Below, one piece after another: positions 61,118 to 64,000 of a stretch of 64,000 nt of DNA (positions are counted from its first letter, which is position 1; every line of letters begins with the position of its first letter). Source of the DNA: an uncultured Gemmatimonadales bacterium. GTDB taxonomy: Bacteria > Gemmatimonadota > Gemmatimonadetes > Gemmatimonadales > Gemmatimonadaceae. Location of the stretch: contig CAWKNZ010000002.1 of NCBI GenBank assembly GCA_963851265.1, forward strand, positions 1,280,001 through 1,344,000, in the 5' to 3' direction. A program made the translations under genes and the position numbers. The notes below the pieces were generated by a model. The model saw only the letters and a program-made list of their open reading frames with translations, searched no databases and was not told the origin of the DNA.

Positions 61118-62131
61118 GTGAAGCGCCCCATCGCGTACATCGCCGGCACCGGCCGCGGCGTGCCCGCTTCCGTGATGACGAATCACGACTTCGCGGCGCG
61201 CGGCATCGAGACCACCCACGAGTGGGTCGTCGAGCGCACCGGGATCCACGAACGCCGTATCGCCGGGGACGACATCACGACGGCGGCGATGGCCGCCGAC
61301 GCGGGGCGCGCGGCGATGGCAAAGGCCGGCGTGCAGGCGGGCGAACTCGACGCGATCGTGCTGAGCACCGCGACGCCGGACCGGCTGCTGCCGTCGACCG
61401 CCGTGGACGTGCAGGCCGCGCTCGGCGCCACGCGGGCGGCCGCGTTCGACATCTCGGCGGCCTGCTCCGGGTGGCTCTACGGTCTCACGGTCGCCGAGGG
61501 GATGATCGCGACCGGCGCCGCCGAGACCGTGCTGGTGATCGGCGCCGAGAAGATGAGCGCGATCATCGACTGGACCGACCGCGCGACCTGCGTGCTGTTC
61601 GGCGACGGGGCCGGCGCCGTGGTGCTCAAGCGGCACAAGCCGAGCGTCGGCGCGGGCCTGCGGTCGCCGCGCGGGATCCTGTCGTCGTTCATGCGCTCCG
61701 ACGGCACGCTGGCGGAGCTGTTGTGGCGCCCGGGCGGTGGCGCGCGCGTGCCGTTCACCGACGCCGTCCTCTCGGAGCGCTCGCACTACGTCCGGATGGC
61801 GGGGCGCGAAGTGTTCAAACACGCGGTGCGCTCCATGAGCGAGGCGGCCGACCGCGCGCTCGACGCCGCCCGCCTCACGGGGAGCGACATCGACCTCATG
61901 ATCCCGCACCAGGCGAACGTGCGCATCATCGAGGCGACGGCGAAGCACGCGAACGTCTCGATGGACAAGGTCTACGTCAACGTGCACCGGTACGGAAACA
62001 CGTCCTCGGCGTCCATCGGCATCGCGCTCGACGAGGCGATCGAGTGCGGGCGCGTGCGCGAGGGCTCGACGGTGCTGCTCGTCGCGTTCGGCGCCGGCCT
62101 AACGTGGGCGTCGATGGTCGTCCGCTTCTGA
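61118..62131 (+). CDS. fabH: Beta-ketoacyl-ACP synthase III
   Basis: AACSG, FGDGAGA, PHQAN and YGNTSSAS. Confidence 0.96.
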   Translation: MKRPIAYIAGTGRGVPASVMTNHDFAARGIETTHEWVVERTGIHERRIAGDDITTAAMAADAGRAAMAKAGVQAGELDAIVLSTATPDRLLPSTAVDVQAALGATRAAAFDISAACSGWLYGLTVAEGMIATGAAETVLVIGAEKMSAIIDWTDRATCVLFGDGAGAVVLKRHKPSVGAGLRSPRGILSSFMRSDGTLAELLWRPGGGARVPFTDAVLSERSHYVRMAGREVFKHAVRSMSEAADRALDAARLTGSDIDLMIPHQANVRIIEATAKHANVSMDKVYVNVHRYGNTSSASIGIALDEAIECGRVREGSTVLLVAFGAGLTWASMVVRF

Positions 62132-63084
62132 TGAGCGCTCCCCAGCCGATCGTCCTCCTCTTTCCGGGGCAAGGGTCGCAAACGCCGGGGATGGCCGCGG
62201 ACCTCGCCGCCGCGTACCCCGCGGCGCGCGCGGCACTCGACGAGGTCGACACCGCGCTCGGCGTATCGCTCAGCCGATTGATGGCCGACGGCCCAGCCGA
62301 CGAGCTCACGCGCACCGACAACGCGCAGCCGGCGCTTCTCGCGCACGGCGCCGCGCTGTGGGCCGTGCTGCGCGAACGCCTGGCACCGCGCGTCGTTGCG
62401 GCCGCCGGGCACTCGCTCGGCGAGTTCACGGCGTACCACGCGGCCGGCGCCCTCACCCTGCCGGCGGCGGCGCGCCTCGTGCGGCGCCGCGGCGAGTTGA
62501 TGTTCGCCAGCGGCTCCGAACGCCCCGGCGCGATGGCGGCGCTGCTGGGCGAGCCGAGCGACCCGATCGAGGCGATCTGCGACGCCGCGACACGCGACGC
62601 CGGGATCGTCGTACCGGCGAACTACAACTGTCCGGGTCAACTCGTGATTTCGGGCGAGGTCGAGGGCGTCGAGCTCGCGATGTCGCTCGCGAAGGCGGCC
62701 GGCGTCAAGCGCGCGATGCGCCTGCCGGTGAGCGGCGCGTTCCACTCGCCGCTGATGCGCGACGCGCAGCCGGGACTCGACGCCGCGCTCGCGGAAGCGG
62801 AGCTCGGCGACCCGGCATTTCCCGTGTATGCGAACGTGACCGCGGAGCCCGTCCGTGCGGCCGACGACGCGCGTACGCTTCTCGCCCGGCAGCTGACCGC
62901 GCCGGTGCGCTGGACTGACACGGTGCGCGCGCTGGCCGACGCGTACCCGGACGCGCTGTACATCGAGCTCGGCCCCGGGACGGTGCTCGCGGGGCTCGTT
63001 CGTAAAACGGCGCCCGCGCTCCGGGTCGTCTCGTGCGGAACGGCGGCCCAGGTGGGCGCGCTGGTCGCGGACGTCGCTGCTTAG
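62131..63084 (+). CDS. fabD: Malonyl-CoA:ACP transacylase
   Basis: FPGQGSQ, GHSLGE and VSGAFHS. Confidence 0.96.
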   Translation: MSAPQPIVLLFPGQGSQTPGMAADLAAAYPAARAALDEVDTALGVSLSRLMADGPADELTRTDNAQPALLAHGAALWAVLRERLAPRVVAAAGHSLGEFTAYHAAGALTLPAAARLVRRRGELMFASGSERPGAMAALLGEPSDPIEAICDAATRDAGIVVPANYNCPGQLVISGEVEGVELAMSLAKAAGVKRAMRLPVSGAFHSPLMRDAQPGLDAALAEAELGDPAFPVYANVTAEPVRAADDARTLLARQLTAPVRWTDTVRALADAYPDALYIELGPGTVLAGLVRKTAPALRVVSCGTAAQVGALVADVAA

Positions 63085-63105
63085 CAGCCTTTTTCTTCCC
63101 ACGCC

Positions 63106-63855
63106 ATGCAGATCGACCTGAGCGGGCGCGTCGCGCTCGTCACCGGCAGTACTCGCGGGATCGGGCGCGCGATCGCTGCCGCGCTGCTCGACTGCGGTGC
63201 GCGCGTCGCCGTCGTCGGCCGCGATGCGGAACGCGCTGCGGCGGTCGCGGCCGAGCTCGGCGCAGGCGCGCCCGAACGCGCGCTCGGTTTCGGCGCGGAG
63301 CTTTCGGACGCGGCCTCTGCGGCGGCGCTCGTCGCCGACGTGGAGCGCGCGTTCGGTTCGTGCGACATCCTCGTGAACAACGCGGGGCTGACGCGCGACA
63401 ACCTGCTCATCCGCATCAAGGATGAGGACTGGGACGCGGTGCTCGACACGAACCTGCGCGCCGCGTTCGCGACCACGCGCGCGGCCGCCCGCGGGATGAT
63501 GAAGCGCCGCTGGGGGCGCGTCATCAATCTGGCGAGCGTCGTGGGGCTCACGGGCAATGCGGGGCAGGCGAACTACGCCGCGAGCAAGGCCGGGCTGATC
63601 GGGTTCACGAAGAGCGTCGCGAAGGAGCTCGCCTCGCGGAACGTGCTCGCGAACGTCGTCGCGCCGGGGTTCATCGAGACCGACATGACCGCCGCGATGC
63701 CCGCCGACGCGCGCGCCAAGATGGCCGGTGCGATCCCGGTCGAACGGTTCGGACGCCCTGAGGATGTCGCCGCGACCGTCGCGTTCCTCGCGTCTGATCT
63801 TGCCGCCTACGTCACGGGTCAGGTGCTCGTCGTCGACGGCGGGCTCGTGATGTGA
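63106..63855 (+). CDS. fabG: 3-oxoacyl-ACP reductase
   Basis: TGSTRGIG, NNAGLTRD, YAASKAG and PGFIETDMT. Confidence 0.96.
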   Translation: MQIDLSGRVALVTGSTRGIGRAIAAALLDCGARVAVVGRDAERAAAVAAELGAGAPERALGFGAELSDAASAAALVADVERAFGSCDILVNNAGLTRDNLLIRIKDEDWDAVLDTNLRAAFATTRAAARGMMKRRWGRVINLASVVGLTGNAGQANYAASKAGLIGFTKSVAKELASRNVLANVVAPGFIETDMTAAMPADARAKMAGAIPVERFGRPEDVAATVAFLASDLAAYVTGQVLVVDGGLVM

Positions 63856-63965
63856 CGCCCGACGCTCGGCGCGGCGCCGTTCCACCCCGGGGCCGCGATC
63901 AGTAGTTTACCGCGCCGTTTCGCCCCACCGTTCTCGCTCAGCACACACACACACCCGCCCCGACC

Positions 63966-64000
63966 ATGGCCGACCATTCCGCGAAAGTCCGCGACATCAT
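63966..64000 (+). CDS. acpP: Acyl carrier protein, first codons only (truncated by the window edge)
   Basis: MADHSAKVRDI(I) resembles the ACP N-terminus and lies directly after fabG. Confidence 0.7.
   Translation, partial: MADHSAKVRDI

Overview
A GC-rich (roughly 70% by eye) bacterial chromosome segment, almost entirely core housekeeping genes. Gene order and protein style suggest Gemmatimonadota; this is inference, not a database result. Contents in order: acyl-CoA dehydrogenase (partial), ICMT-like methyltransferase, rne/rng, rplU-rpmA, two tandem amidohydrolases, GDPD, an ECF sigma/anti-sigma/Spy-like triad, tRNA-Leu(CAA), icd, pepA, an outer-membrane plug/barrel protein, yicC-gmk-rpoZ-coaBC-udg-dnaB-radA-ispD-tsaC-(Arg phosphatase)-aroE-comF, gap-pgk-tpiA-secG-carA, HU/IHF, mdh-sdhCAB, dcd, a complete nuoA-N operon, PMM/PGM, UPF0182, sucCD, an EIIA-CBS fusion, ndk, and yceD-rpmF-plsX-fabH-fabD-fabG-acpP (partial). 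I found no mobile element, prophage or CRISPR array. The most striking unexplained signal is a non-palindromic octamer, CGTTAGGC/GCCTAACG. It occurs 18 times exactly (plus close variants) on both strands, mostly inside essential genes, where it accounts for most of the rare TTA Leu codons and TAA stops. This pattern resembles a DNA-uptake-sequence-like or chromosome-architecture motif. Other notable items are a Rex-type operator in front of nuoA, a frameshift splitting the uracil-DNA glycosylase gene, C/A-rich Shine-Dalgarno-less leaders, an active/inactive amidohydrolase pair, and the EIIA-CBS fusion between sucD and ndk.
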